Source of the DNA: Lingula anatina
Taxonomy: Eukaryota > Animalia > Brachiopoda
DNA length: 64,000 nucleotides
Reading direction: 5' to 3'
Assembly (NCBI GenBank): GCA_051362555.1
Contig: CM120646.1
Location: 18,910,001 to 18,974,000, forward strand
A program made the position numbers and the translations under genes. Below, piece by piece: positions 38,756 to 51,145 of the stretch (position 1 is the first letter of the stretch; each line of letters begins with the position of its first letter). Under the pieces are notes generated by a model. That model was not told the origin of the DNA. It ran no database searches and saw only the letters and a list, made by a program, of their open reading frames with translations.

Positions 38756-39658
38756 GCTGCGCCTACAACCACGACTATACCAACAACCACTACTCCCCCT
38801 CCTTCCACTGCAAAGCCATTATCCATCGACGATCCGGCTGTGCAGGCCATTTTAGAAGAGGTCTCCGCGGACCTACAAAGATCTGGCGTTAATACAATCG
38901 CGGACCTGCAAAATTACATAATCAACTCTCACAAACAGCAGAGCGTTAAAGACAATTTCCTCCATGACATCAGAGAAGATTTGGAACGAAACGGAGAGGC
39001 GAATTTGCATGTCGCTATAAATTTCTATGAATTGATTCGTCGATATTGGAGACAGTTTTCGATCTTTTACCGAAGCCCTAATGTCGCCACGACACCACGA
39101 CCAACAACTACAACAACTCCTAAGCCGACGACCACTACCAAAGCAACAACAACAACGACGCCAACAACAACGACAACAACGACGCCAACGACGACGTCAA
39201 CAACTTCGACGACCACTGTGGCGCCCGTGGTTGATTCTATCACCACCCGACGGCCACCATGGTTTTTCTTCTTTAGAAATCCCTTTTTCTTCCGGGCTCC
39301 ACAAGCAGCACCCACCACGCAGCGACCAACAACGACGACAACTACCCCTACAACCACAACAACTACACCCACTACTACTACAACGACACCTACTACAACT
39401 ACCACAACCACACCTACTACTACTACAACCACACCTACTACAACTACCACAACCACACCCACTACTACCACAACCACGCCCACTACTACAACCACGCCCA
39501 CTACCACCACACCTACTACCACAACAACTACGCCCACAACCACAACCACGCCTACTACAACTACAACCACACCCACAACTACAACTACGGCTGCAGTGCC
39601 GTTTCCAACATCAGAAAGTATGGAATGTCAAAATGCAATTCTTTACGTGGGCTGTTAA
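27115..39658 (+). CDS. Secreted subtilisin-family serine protease (S8A, proteinase K/aqualysin/PCSK9-like) with I9 prodomain and large Thr-rich mucin-like segment; ~823 aa, 17 exons
   Basis: Exons: 27115-27199 (signal peptide MAVVEGFRIITLLLFICSAEYG; linkage less certain), 31429-31530 (VKDQYLLIGKKGV, I9 start), 32024-32135, 32694-32808 (VIEDVEPDQVV...NW), 33213-33276 (GIDRVDQR), 33695-33734 (HIYMMDT, catalytic Asp), 34429-34474, 34854-34914 (DNNGHGS, catalytic His), 35083-35176 (GIAKRATVFSVKVL), 35492-35566, 35952-36015 (NMSLSG), 36336-36412 (VCAAGNENADAC, oxyanion Asn), 36716-36797 (FSNHGKCVTIYAP), 37174-37231, 37441-37466 (GTSGASP, catalytic Ser), 37989-38068, 38368-39658. All phases are compatible; total 2472 nt. 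Confidence 0.9.
27360..28367. repeat. Pair of ~140-bp imperfect direct repeats in protease intron 1
   Basis: aataaaata-ggaacacaga-aaggacattt...aaaggtattttgtcaactttt-aaaataa-gtt...cgacattcgaatgatt occurs at ~27360-27500 and ~28218-28367. Confidence 0.75.
37490..37724. mobile_element. ~235-bp imperfect palindrome (foldback/MITE-like) in a protease intron
   Basis: Nested arm pairs: ggatcgaccta/tagatcgatcc, ctaaattgctatca/tgatagcaatttag, ttaaatgtctgtaacgccta/taggcgtgacagacgtttaa, taggggtaa/ttacccccta. Centre at ~37611. Confidence 0.75.
38685..39590 (+). repeat. Coding Thr/Pro-rich tandem repeats (poly-T and PTTTTT units) in three blocks
   Basis: ACT/ACA/ACC/ACG runs at ~38685-38800, 39090-39220 and 39320-39590, in frame with the last protease exon. 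Confidence 0.9.
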
Positions 39659-41886
39659 ATGTGAAAGAGAATCGACCGACAGTTACATGCTGATATTTAC
39701 CGTTGCGACGCATTCATTAATCTGATGTAGTGATGACTCTCATTTCAATGGGCACTCTTCACAATCATTGAAAAAAGAATATCATTCGCTCTTGTTATAT
39801 TTGAGTTCTTTGGAATATGAACAATTATCATTAAAGCGGTCTTCATTGCTTTAATGATAATCATTAAAGCGGTCTTCATCGCTTTTGAAATGAACTTAAA
39901 GAGAAATGTCTTTGACTAGTTATCAACTTTAGTTACTCTTGGACTTCAAGTTAAATGAACGAAGAAGACGACCCACCATATCTATACTGACAAATGTTCA
40001 CTACAAAATTCGAATTAACGTGGTGATACTTTGCAGTTACATTGTACCATGGCATTTCTGTCGTGTGCAAATCACTGACAGATATATCCTTATACCTCAG
40101 TCTTATCCGTCCATAATGACGTAACTTACCGTGTAATATCTGGGTTTAAAATAGTCGAATGGGCGTGGCCTAGGAAGTGGCATATGTCCATCATCATCGT
40201 CATCATACGGTGCTCATATTTTTGTTGAAAGCTATGATAAATGATATTGTACCATGCAGGCGTGGCCGCAAAGAAAATCAATTGATACCAGAGTGAGATA
40301 TACGAAGTGGACATGGCTTCCACAAAGGCGTGCTTAAATAATAATTTTAATGTTTAACAAGAAATTGAAGTAGGCCTAATGCTTGAACGGGCTACTTGAA
40401 GTGAGATGAAAAAGACTGTTTGATCTCTGTACAACATGGAGTCGAGTCAACTCGTGTAAGGGATGGTTGCCACCTTATTCAGAATATCCACCGCGTCGAC
40501 TGTGTTATGGCAGCGCAATACATATATTGGTGACTTTTACTGATTCACTCATCATAACAACATGGATTATGTTAAGTTTGATAAGTTGAACAACTCAGAA
40601 ATGTTATGTCTGCGGAGCTGACTTTGATCTGTTTTGACTGGTGATAATAAAATCCAATTTATTACAACAACATATCTCTACGTATAGTTCTTAATATAAT
40701 CTCAAGCGTTCTGACATAATAGAGACCTGTTGCTTTTGCTTTGGCGACCACTTGGAGACGAAATTTGGCCAACTCTAGCAAACTCGGTACCGGTGTCAGT
40801 GGCTTTTCAATCTGAAAGAAAATCAAATCGATTTGAAATCAATATAATTATATTAATCTCATAGTCGCCCTACTGAGCCCGAATTGTTCACCATATTGAA
40901 TGTTGCGCGTCATTACATATTAAGAGAAACGAACCGAAAAAGAGCTCCAAGTTATATATCTGTTTAAACATGTGTTTTACCCCGCAACCTGGAAATAAAT
41001 CCCTTCACTTTACCGCTTTTAAAAGCGACCGCTTTCCTTACAATAAGTAGCGCTTTGAATGTCACAGATATAAGGAATGCGCACGTGTTTTTGGTCACCA
41101 GACATAAAAATATATCATTTCACAAAAATTAAACACATTTGGTCAGTTGGTGAATGAAGTCCAAGTCTATGTCACATCTAGTGCGTCATGATTACTGTGA
41201 CTTATAGCAACTTTGAACTTGGCAATTCAAAAACTGTCAACATAATTCATACATAATCACGGACAGCTATCTTGTGTAAATAATAAAGCAGTACATAATT
41301 CATTAGTCCAAAGCACAGGTGGGCATAGTCAATGTTTATTCTGACACCTGGAGTTCAGTAAAACCGCTAGCTTAAAGATGCTTTATAACATGCAGGACAA
41401 GTTCCTGCCCCCTTTTCGGAAATAATTTGACCGTGGATTATGCCTGTCAGGAAACCACTGCAATACCTAACTTACTGATCGTTTATGTAAAAAATAACCT
41501 GTTTGGATTAAACCATTTCAATATCAAACTAACATTTTTCTTACAAGTCCCTTCCCATCCCTTGTGGTTCTTGGCGAGGTCTATGAAATATGGAATATGG
41601 TACAGGGTACAGTTTTTAACATTTATTAAAATAGTCTTCATCTGTTCAATCCCACCTAACTCCCACTACGAAATGTTATTGTTACAGGTGAGTGTTGGAA
41701 TTTGTTAGGTGCCTTGTCTGACCTTTCCCATGCTGCTAGGTTTAACTATAATCGCCATTAATGGCTAACTTTATGCGATGGTGACGGGCAATCGTTTTGA
41801 TTTTATGGACAACATTAGTCTTAATGTAGCGTAGGTTAAATATTTTGTGTCCGCACTAGGCCAGTGGTCTATAGGCCAGACTAATG

Positions 41887-41893
41887 TATAAAA
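41887..41893 (+). promoter_or_regulatory. Candidate TATA box for secreted-family gene 1
   Basis: TATAAAA ~60 nt upstream of ATG 41948. Gene 3 has a similar tatataaaa at ~49021, and gene 4 at ~62661. Confidence 0.4.
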
Positions 41894-41947
41894 TGTTCTT
41901 AATGCCAAGTAAATGCCTTCTCTGTAAGACAATCCCTGTGTAATTTC

Positions 41948-44098
41948 ATGGGGAATTCGAAGGTATGTTCTTTTCATCTTGTAGTTTAAATCAGTTTAAA
42001 CCCTTTTCTCCTTTAATATTTCAACTATGTGTATGGGTGGCTGGAGAAAATTTTGTTTCTCGACGATGAATTATAAACTAAAAAGATGCACTGCAGTTGC
42101 CTTAATTGATTCATCGACAACAATTTACCTCATTGTTCTATATATTTGTATCTATTAAAGGCGACATATATGGTCATGTCTGCTTTATTGTACATGCTAC
42201 TGGTTTACCTATCAATCCCTTCAACGGCCAATGGAGGTAGTATTGGGAACCACGCCCCACTATCTTCACTCTGGCCATCGGCCATGCATAGGTGGCTCAA
42301 GTGGTACCATGGACTCTTCAGACAGGATGCATGCGAGGCCAGACAAATATCACGCGACATCGCCTATCGTCAAATATTTGTGTATACTTATGAAGGGAAC
42401 TGGAATTTAGATATTCAAAATTTTGCTCGCTTCAAGGAGCATCACAGTTGCGCTGGTCGAAAGGAGTAAGTTATTTTTTGTTTTGTTATGTAAAAGGCGG
42501 TGTGGTGTAACCGTTCCATATTTCTAACGATTTCATTGGTACTGTGCTTTTCGTATGTGTCATTGTCCACTGTCTATATTTAACCGATTTATTTTACTAA
42601 TATAGTGGGTTGAAAACTTCTACATGTAGTTTCTAGCTATTTAATTGACTGTGTCGCAGGTTAATTTCTCTTAATATCTTCATGCCATTTATTTTACTCA
42701 ATACTTGAATCTTAAGAAGCAAACTGTTTTTACGCCAACTTATCACATGTTCCTTCAGCAAACATGCAAAGAAAAATTGCTTGCTTATATCTCCATACAG
42801 AGTATTTCAAACATGTAGACAACAAAATACACGGTGATTATAAGGCGTACATTTGCAATATGCTTAAAATACCGTCTCTTATTTTCACAAGATAATGTAT
42901 ATATCCACTTAAAATAAAAGCCAAACTATCTTCCATCCTAGACTTAACCGTCCTCTAATGTCGTATCTAATGTCCTGTTGCAATCGTTCTGTGGTGAGAG
43001 AAATTGGTATTGTTTCTCATCACTTAATTATTATGCACAAAAATTGAGTTTATTTTTATATATGAAGATCATCAGAAAGTCATAAATTTGAGGATCGGTT
43101 TGAATGAAATCTTGATATAATATTACTTGGCATAGCACAATAATTTAATAATCATGCGAACAATTTGTTGTAGTAACGAGAGTATTGTTGCCCAAGGAAG
43201 AAAACGTATCAAAATATTCGAGGAGCATTTTGGAATGAAGTTGCCGGCTTTAACTGACCAAGATCTCTTAGACGGAAAAGTACCATTGCTTGGAGGAAAA
43301 CTAAGTTTCCATCCATACCACATCAACCCAGCAGCCAAATGTAGAGTTATCTTAGGTAAGATGGGAATTGTTTTTAGAAAATATGCATTTTATGAGGCCA
43401 CGTGTTATAAGATAAACAAGAAAGAGGACTTATGAAGTATTTGTAAAATATATACACGGTAAAAGTAAAACAACTCAAAGAAGAAAAAAATAGCCCCATG
43501 TTTGACATTCTGGAGCAAAACGACTCATACAGGTACTTTGCATATGCAACCGAAAGGCAGCACCACTATGGCGTTTCATATGGTTTTATGTCTTTCTTTT
43601 CAGACTCAAATCGGCATGAGAGCCGGGCGTATAAGAACGTCCCAGTGTCAGATGCCGGGTGGATGGTAGAGGCCCTTCAGACTGTTAACGTTAGTGGTCC
43701 AGGATTTTCAGGAATTCTTATGCCAGGGTCTGCAATCTTCCAGGGAGAGTTCTTGTTCTATGTAAGTATCGGGGTCTATATGTACAATATATCAGAAAAA
43801 AGTAGGACCAAGCCAGATAGGATTGCTCATTTGCCGTGCCATTTTTATTTATCTCGCTTAGCTGTTTAAATTCACATTTCAGACATCTCGAGAAAACCCA
43901 CACGGCGGGAAAGTTTTGATCCAATACGAGTCCAAAACACCCAGCTATGTGATTGAGAATGGGCGTTTGTTTCTCTGGAACCCTGAACCGTTTCATCCCG
44001 TGTACGGAAAGGGACGTGATGCCCACGTGGCTGAGCTGGACCCTGTCACAGGAAGATTTTCTGCTAGAGAGGTGCTGACTTTTTCACCAGATGCATAA
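41948..44098 (+). CDS. Uncharacterised secreted protein, family member 1 (~291 aa, 5 exons)
   Basis: Exons 41948-41962, 42161-42465, 43174-43355, 43604-43761, 43883-44098. Signal peptide MSALLYMLLVYLSIPSTANG. Shares CEAR..HHxCAGR, DLLDGxVPLLGGKL, SDAGW, TSRENP, HPxYGKGR and C-terminal DA with members 2-4. The start could alternatively be ATG 42170. Confidence 0.85.
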
Positions 44099-45653
44099 AT
44101 GAGTGGTGGTAAAATGGGAAAGAAGACAGCAGTCAACAACAGCAGAATGGAAGGGGAAATACATGCTGTATAGAAACGACGTTCAATGGATTCTAACCAT
44201 TTGCTGGCCTAATATGAAAAACACGACACTGGCCAATAATTTGCAGTAATATGATCTATTATAACTTACAATAGTGCAAATTCAATACGGTATTCGTTCG
44301 GCTCAGAATTGTGAAAGTTAAAATATGTTAGATATTAAATTGTTTTATTTTGATGTCTTTATTTGGTGTTGGGAGTGAAGAAGAGGCCGTAAACAATAAT
44401 TTTATTTACATACATATGTACTTACTTGGCTTATATTCACCAAAGGTATACATGTATGTTTCATTTTGCGTCTTGATTTGTTACTGCATGTGTATAACTG
44501 CGATATGAAAGAGCATGATGTTCATGTGTATTTTCTAAAAGCTTTTATGTTATGCGACCAATAAACTGGATAAATGCATTTAAAATCGATTTTATAGCGG
44601 AAATAATCAAGTATAACAACAAACAGTTTTTATAAAAACATTTCAAAAATCAGGGGTAATCATTCCGGTTCTTGGACTAGTAAAATGTATTTGAATAAAC
44701 TGTAAAGCGCCAATCTATCTATCACTCAAGGTGCCGGTGAGATAGGAATGGTAGTCGTGGGAATAAAGTTTTGAGTCCCATGTGGTTAGTACAGGTTAGG
44801 GTTAGTTGGAGTATTGGGGTTAGAATATAAAGATTCATCATAATCGACGTGTGATCTCATATAAGAAATAAATATATTAAAAATGCATCTGTTAAGATCA
44901 ACTAAAATTTATATAAAGCTGAGTAGTTTTTTTTTGTCCCTGAAGAAGGCACCCAAGCTGAGAATCCGGGTGCTTTATACCAATTATAGTTGATATTAAT
45001 AGATGCCTTCTCAATTAAATTTATGGAGGAAGTATATGGGACGGATATCAGCTATACAAAGTAAGGGAGAGCGAACTACGGTTCCTGATCTGGAGGACCT
45101 CCATCTCTGTCACATCGGGTCAGCTCTGACGTAGCTAAGTCAAAATGCCATTGGCCCGTCTAACTGCTTGCTTGTACACTTGAAGGACTAGATCAGTCCA
45201 CGTGATCTCATGCCAGTTGTTTTTTTTAAACCGTTCACACTCTCAATATACACACTTCCTCTCGTGAGTGGTTCTCTGGCACCCAGTAGGTCTTTTTCCT
45301 CCGAGCGACCAATTACAATCAGGTTTTTTTCCAGGTCCCTCACAAAACGAAGCCGTCTGCTAGCGACAACCGCAGCTATACAGTAACAAGTAACAACGTT
45401 CTACCCAACATACTGAAATTTGCTTCATTCGCGGGGCTGCTACATGTACATTAGAATAGCAAGCAGAAGGTTAACCTAATTTAATGTTGTGTTTATACTA
45501 TTTATTCCCAATTAAATCACTTGAGGTATCATTTGCATGGAATGTGGACATTATAACCACATCGCAGTAAATGTCAATATGCCCCTATTAGCATTGCAGC
45601 AGTCGGAAAGGCCCATGCTACTGTAGTGCAGTGTTATTAAGTGAAGATTAGAA

Positions 45654-47732
45654 ATGGGCAGGTACTGGTATGTTATTTGTTTTAAAGGGCAGCATTTAAA
45701 TCATTGGTTTACATTAGTATGTATTGCTATTACTACAATATACGCAATGTTTTGAATACATTTCAGAATTGATATCTTTCTGCCTAAATTATATTCTGTT
45801 GCGCATACATGTACATAGCAGCCATATAGAATTTAAAGTTAAATATTTTCCTATGTAACTGTAAATCAAATGACTCATTTGACTATATTGCTAAACGGCA
45901 ATGTCTACAAATTAGGCGCTTTTTAATATGAAACAAGCTTAAAGTACAGGTATGGGGCCTACCGTAGGCCTACAATTTTGAAAATTATCTGATATATTTT
46001 TTACCAGACGAGAAACATTTATAGTGTTCACGTTGTATACACTACTTGTATACGGAAACCTCCCTACCGCTGGTTATGGGCATTGGTCTACACCATGGTC
46101 CTTTTATGGCTTGTTTAAATGGCTTCCCGGACTTAACAAACAACACACATGTGAGGCAAAATGTCTGCCGAAAAACAGTGAAGTTAAGCAGGCGTTGGTG
46201 CTTACATACAGTGGAAATTTAAATGATGTGGTTAACCCAGATTTTAATCTTTTCGAAGAACATCATAGATGCGCAGGCCGAAGCGAGTGAGTGGTCTTTA
46301 CTGTGTTCTTATTAACGTTTCCTTGTAAATAGGAATGAATATCTAAAAATCAGACTGCTTAGATACAAAATGCCTTTGCTAAGCCAGCTGACGAAAAGGA
46401 TTAGAAGAAAAGTTCGCTATTGAAATAAAAACAGTAGTAAATGGAAATTTTGTCATGTTTCTAAGTGTACTGTTTCCTAACAGCTACCAGTGTTCAGTCT
46501 TATTGTGTTGTGGTATGTAAAAACACTGCCATACAAGGTGAACTAATATTGTTTTAATCTTTTTCTTCTGTTGTTTAATAGAATTTCAGTTTCAATCAAA
46601 GCTTTAAGAAGTGTGATTCTTTTACAGCAACGCCAGTATAATTGCTGAAGGGAGAAAGCGCATCCAGATATTCGAGTATTATTATGGGATAGATTTATCC
46701 ACCATTAAAGACCAAGATCTTCTTGACGGACGAGTTCCCCTCCTTGGCGGCAAATTGTTGTTTCGTCCATATCGCTTAAGCCCAGCGATAGACTGTAGAG
46801 TTATTCTCGGTAAATGCCGTTATCAACCATTCTTGTAAAAGTAATTAAGCTTTATTGTCATACCATCGCGCTATATGTATTACAATTTAGGTATTTCTGT
46901 GTGCTTTTATTGTAGGCCTACCTGTAGCGTCCTAGTACTTGTGTACGTAGTTTTAAATAGTTGCTTTTCTCGATGTTGTACATTTAATCCTGGAGGCAGG
47001 ATTCAAGGCGTACATGTAAACCTACACGGTAGGTATAAGGTAAAGAGGCTGTGGGATTGAATTCACATATATATACACGTACTACCGCTAAGACCCGCTT
47101 GGCGAATAGACGGTTTAAATAATGGATATGCTGTTATTTCAGAGTCTAATCCTTTTGGCAGTTGGTCCTACGAGAACGTGATAGTGTCTGATGCAGGTTG
47201 GGTTATAGAGGCCATAAAAGACGTCAACATAACCGGACCGGGTTACAAAGGCTCAGTGTCTGCCGGTTCTGGCATCTACCAAGGAGAGTTTCTATTTGAT
47301 GTAAGTGTGAATAAAAATCAGTTTACAAATCACTTCTGGTTCATGAAAAAAATCTCTGTTTTATTGTTCCTCTCGAAAATAACAGAGTATCAAATCTCGG
47401 AATATTATCATATTTTACTCATTTTCCTATTGTTTATAAAGTTATGTCATATAAAACCATGCAATTTATTTCCATGCACTTCACCGCCGAATTAATTTCT
47501 TAGTCTTTTTCTTCAGACATCTCGAGAGAACCCTTACGGCGGCAGAGTACTCATCAAATTTGAATCCAAGGAACCTCAATATATTACAAACGATGGTCGC
47601 TTCCTTATTTGGAAAGCAGAATTATCCCATCCTGTGTATGGCAAGGGGCGTACTGTCCATTTCTTAGAGGCAGATCCTGTTACATCCAAATTTGCAAGCA
47701 GAGAAGTGCAAACCTTCCCAGTAGATGCATAA
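45654..47732 (+). CDS. Uncharacterised secreted protein, family member 2 (~280 aa, 5 exons)
   Basis: Exons 45654-45661 (ATG GGC AG|gt), 46008-46286, 46628-46809, 47143-47300, 47517-47732. Open throughout, with exon sizes 182/158/216 identical to the paralogues. Confidence 0.87.
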
Positions 47733-47971
47733 TCGCTAAGCTACATTTTGTGATCGATGTACTTTTTAATACTTAACAGAGATTAAGTCATAACATACAT
47801 TTAATTTTCCAGACGTTGATTAATAAATCTTATGGAGCTAGAAGTTCGATTTGCTTAAAGCTTCTCTCTCTGTCTCTCTTATTTCAGCACAGAGAGGTAT
47901 TGGGGACAGTTTGGCACGTTTCAGATAATAATGTTCTTTTTAATCTTTTCTTCGCAAAACAAACAAACAAA

Positions 47972-47973
<2 letters not shown>

Positions 47974-48028
<55 letters not shown>
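47974..48028. repeat. Poly(A) tract (~41 nt) followed by (CA)n
   Basis: Read directly from the sequence. A shorter equivalent at ~60676-60697 lies in the duplicated segment. Confidence 0.9.
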
Positions 48029-49197
48029 CTAAAGGTCACATTACACGAAAGGACCAGTATACATACTGTCAAGGCATACTGATAAACACAGCAAATAAAA
48101 AGTTACAATACGCTTAACCTTCCACAGTACATGGACTGTCATAATATACTACATATCAAAGTACCACAGTCACATTACACAAAATCTTAGAGAAAACGTT
48201 ACTTTAACATTTAAAACTGTATATAAAGAATCCCAACAAACCTTACCCTGTGGTAAATGTTAGGTACACGTTGTCATACAAATGGGGTCTAAAAGTGCAC
48301 GCTGGTAGTCAAGATATTTAATGATAATTATTAGCTAAACAAATATATAAATTGCTTTTTAAAGATGTATATATATATATTTCTATTAAACATACAATTG
48401 CACACGGGATATTCGTTTTGAAAAGAATTTGCAATTGACTGTTTGGCTGTGAAATAAGTCATGATTAACATAGACATAGATTAACATAGATTAGCATACA
48501 TCATGCATGCTTTATGTTTACTTTTAATAAAAAAAGTGGTTATTCAGTGTCACGACATCTAAATGAAATATAATTTCATCATTATTTTATCATATTGTGC
48601 AGCAGTAACCATTTATTCTTCCAATCAGAGCTATGTCCAAGAGCTTTTTCTGGTTCGACTGAGTTGATGACTATTTATTTATTTATTTATTATGAGTGTT
48701 GAAATTATGCTAGCAAGACCATCCGAAGAGAATACATAAATAAAAAAAAATCATGCGATTCAATTTCCTGTACAAACGAGTATAAACTCATAACATGGCA
48801 AACCGCCATTCAATGTCATCTTACAATAATATTTATCCACTTCGCCAAATAATCAATCCGGGAATGGGTAAAAAATTGGACTTTGTTAAAAACACGCACT
48901 AGTAGAAATACACAACGCAGAATATAGAATGACAAGTGAGATAAAAAAGGTAAGAGCGTGTTATATACAGGCAGGTTGGCGGTCACTGTCTTGGACTGAA
49001 ATTTACCTTACAATCGAATGTATATAAAACAAGTCCCAGGTGTGCTCATACAGAGATGTCGTTTAAGTCAAATGTCAATATTATACGCATTAGCAAGTGG
49101 TCGTTAGGACAGGTCTGCATATTTTGGTAGGCTGTAAGTCTTTAAAGGTATGAAATCAGCTCGGTCGGGGAGCGTGTTAACTCGAGTTCGCAAAGTA

Positions 49198-51145
49198 ATG
49201 GGAAGGTAAGTTTTTTCCTTTTACATTTTGAAGATATAAAAGGCATATAATTTTTTTTCAAAAAGCCACGTATACATGATAGCTTAAACCAGGAGGCAAA
49301 CATATAATAATGGCAATTTGAGTTAATACATGGATGGCATCTACTGCTTCATGAAATTTTTTTAATGTTGACTCTTACGTCTGTGGGCATACACTGTGTA
49401 CATAAGTTCGGTATCATATTATGTATTTCTTAATTCGGTATGGTTACTATGAAAAATAACCCTTATTTTAAATCTGTTTTTGTTATTTTTATTTTACCAG
49501 AAGAGAACTGTTACTACTACTCGCTTTTTCCCTTCTGTGCGGTTGTCCTACCGCCACGGCCCATGGGGGGATAGTGGATAGGTCCACACCATGGTCGTTT
49601 TATCGCTTGTTTAGATGGCTTCATGGTCCACAGGAGAAATGCGAGGCAAGGAGTCTACCAGATAACACTGGAGTTACACAGGCATTTGTGTTAACACATA
49701 AAGGGCATTTTAGTATAACTGACCAGGATTTTCCCCGTTTCAAGGAGCACCATAGATGTGCAGGCAGAGGCGAGTAAGTACATATGCCTTTCACACGACT
49801 TTTGTGCACATCGAACCATGTTAGTCAATAGGCCTATATTTCACGCTTGCAGGGCGGCCTATAAAGCCAAAGCAACATTAAGAAAAACGACGTCTATTAA
49901 ACGCGTAAATCTGAGACATTAAATCCTATTTTTATTTTGGAAAAATTGTTATTCCGTTTGTAACGCTGATTTATTTCAGGGTGTGTTTGGCATATCGGAT
50001 ATGTTGAAATCAATAGTTATTAATCTTATTTTTTTATTTTTATCTAAAATAAAATAGTAATGAAGTTAAAATTTTGTTATTTTCGTACAGCAATGCTAGC
50101 ATCATTGCCGAAGGGAGAAAGCGCATCAAATCCTTTGAGGACCATTTTGGGATTGATATGTCACCGGTGAAGGACACCGATCTCCTGGACGGAAGAGTTC
50201 CCCTTCTTGGGGGAAAACTGTTGTTTCATCCATATCACTTCAGCCCGGGAGCAAACGTGAGGTTGATATTAGGTAAACTGCACATATTTGATCAATCAAG
50301 TAAGATAAAAATGCAACAAAACTTTTAGAGTAAAATATAATTAGGAATGAACAAGATCAATTGCTCATCTGCATAAACCAAAGACTATCTCAATAATAAT
50401 TTGCTATATGATCACGTGCTACTTTTTTTTGTTCATGCTGCTTCTTTAGAGCTAAACTCCTACGGAAGCTGGTCTTATAAGAACGTTCCAGTATCTGATG
50501 CCGGTTGGATCATTGAAGTAATAGAACCTGTCAATTTAACTGGACCGGGTTACTCTGGCAGAGTTGAACCAGGGAATAGCATCTACCATGGGGAATATCT
50601 GTTTTATGTGAGTATAGTTATAATTATGTTTATTGAACATGAAATCGTACAATTGGAACATTTGATGCTGTCTTTCTGTGCGCGTCACTGTACTGAAATT
50701 GCCTTTCTGTCTTTCTGTGCTCGTCACTGTACTGAAATTCATTAGTAGATTCTTCGTCGAAATACATGCATAAGTTATGATCACAAAATGATACGTACAT
50801 GTATATATGAAAAAACCCAACGTGACCTACCTTATATAAATAAGATGTAAGACAAAAATTATATATACATGAAAGTGTCTCAATGAATTTTGAAAAAATC
50901 GAAATCATCTCGTTTTGACACATTTCCAGACATCCCGAGAAAACCCTCGCGGCGGCAGAATTATAATCACAACCGAATCCAAGGAACCACAATATATCGC
51001 CGGAAATGGTCGTTTCGTGGTATGGAATGCTGAGTTATCCCACCCTCAATATGGCAAGGGGCGCACTTTCCTTTTGTCTGAGATTAATCATGATACATCC
51101 GAATTCATTACGAGAGAAACACTTATTTTTCCGCGGGATGCATAA
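49198..51145 (+). CDS. Uncharacterised secreted protein, family member 3 (~278 aa, 5 exons)
   Basis: Exons 49198-49205 (ATG GGA AG|gtaagt), 49501-49773, 50091-50272, 50450-50607, 50930-51145. Signal peptide MGRRELLLLLAFSLLCGCPTATA. Open throughout. Confidence 0.9.
50668..50739. repeat. Tandem duplication of a ~32-bp intronic unit
   Basis: ctgtctttctgtgc(g/t)cgtcactgtactgaaatt occurs twice. Confidence 0.85.

Noticed and set aside
38649-39725. Poly-Val, poly-Leu and Gln/Pro-rich ORFs (38668-38850, 39067-39576, 38649-38855, 39081-39725)
   Set aside because: Shadow frames of the Thr-codon repeats; only the Thr frame is continuous with the spliced protease.
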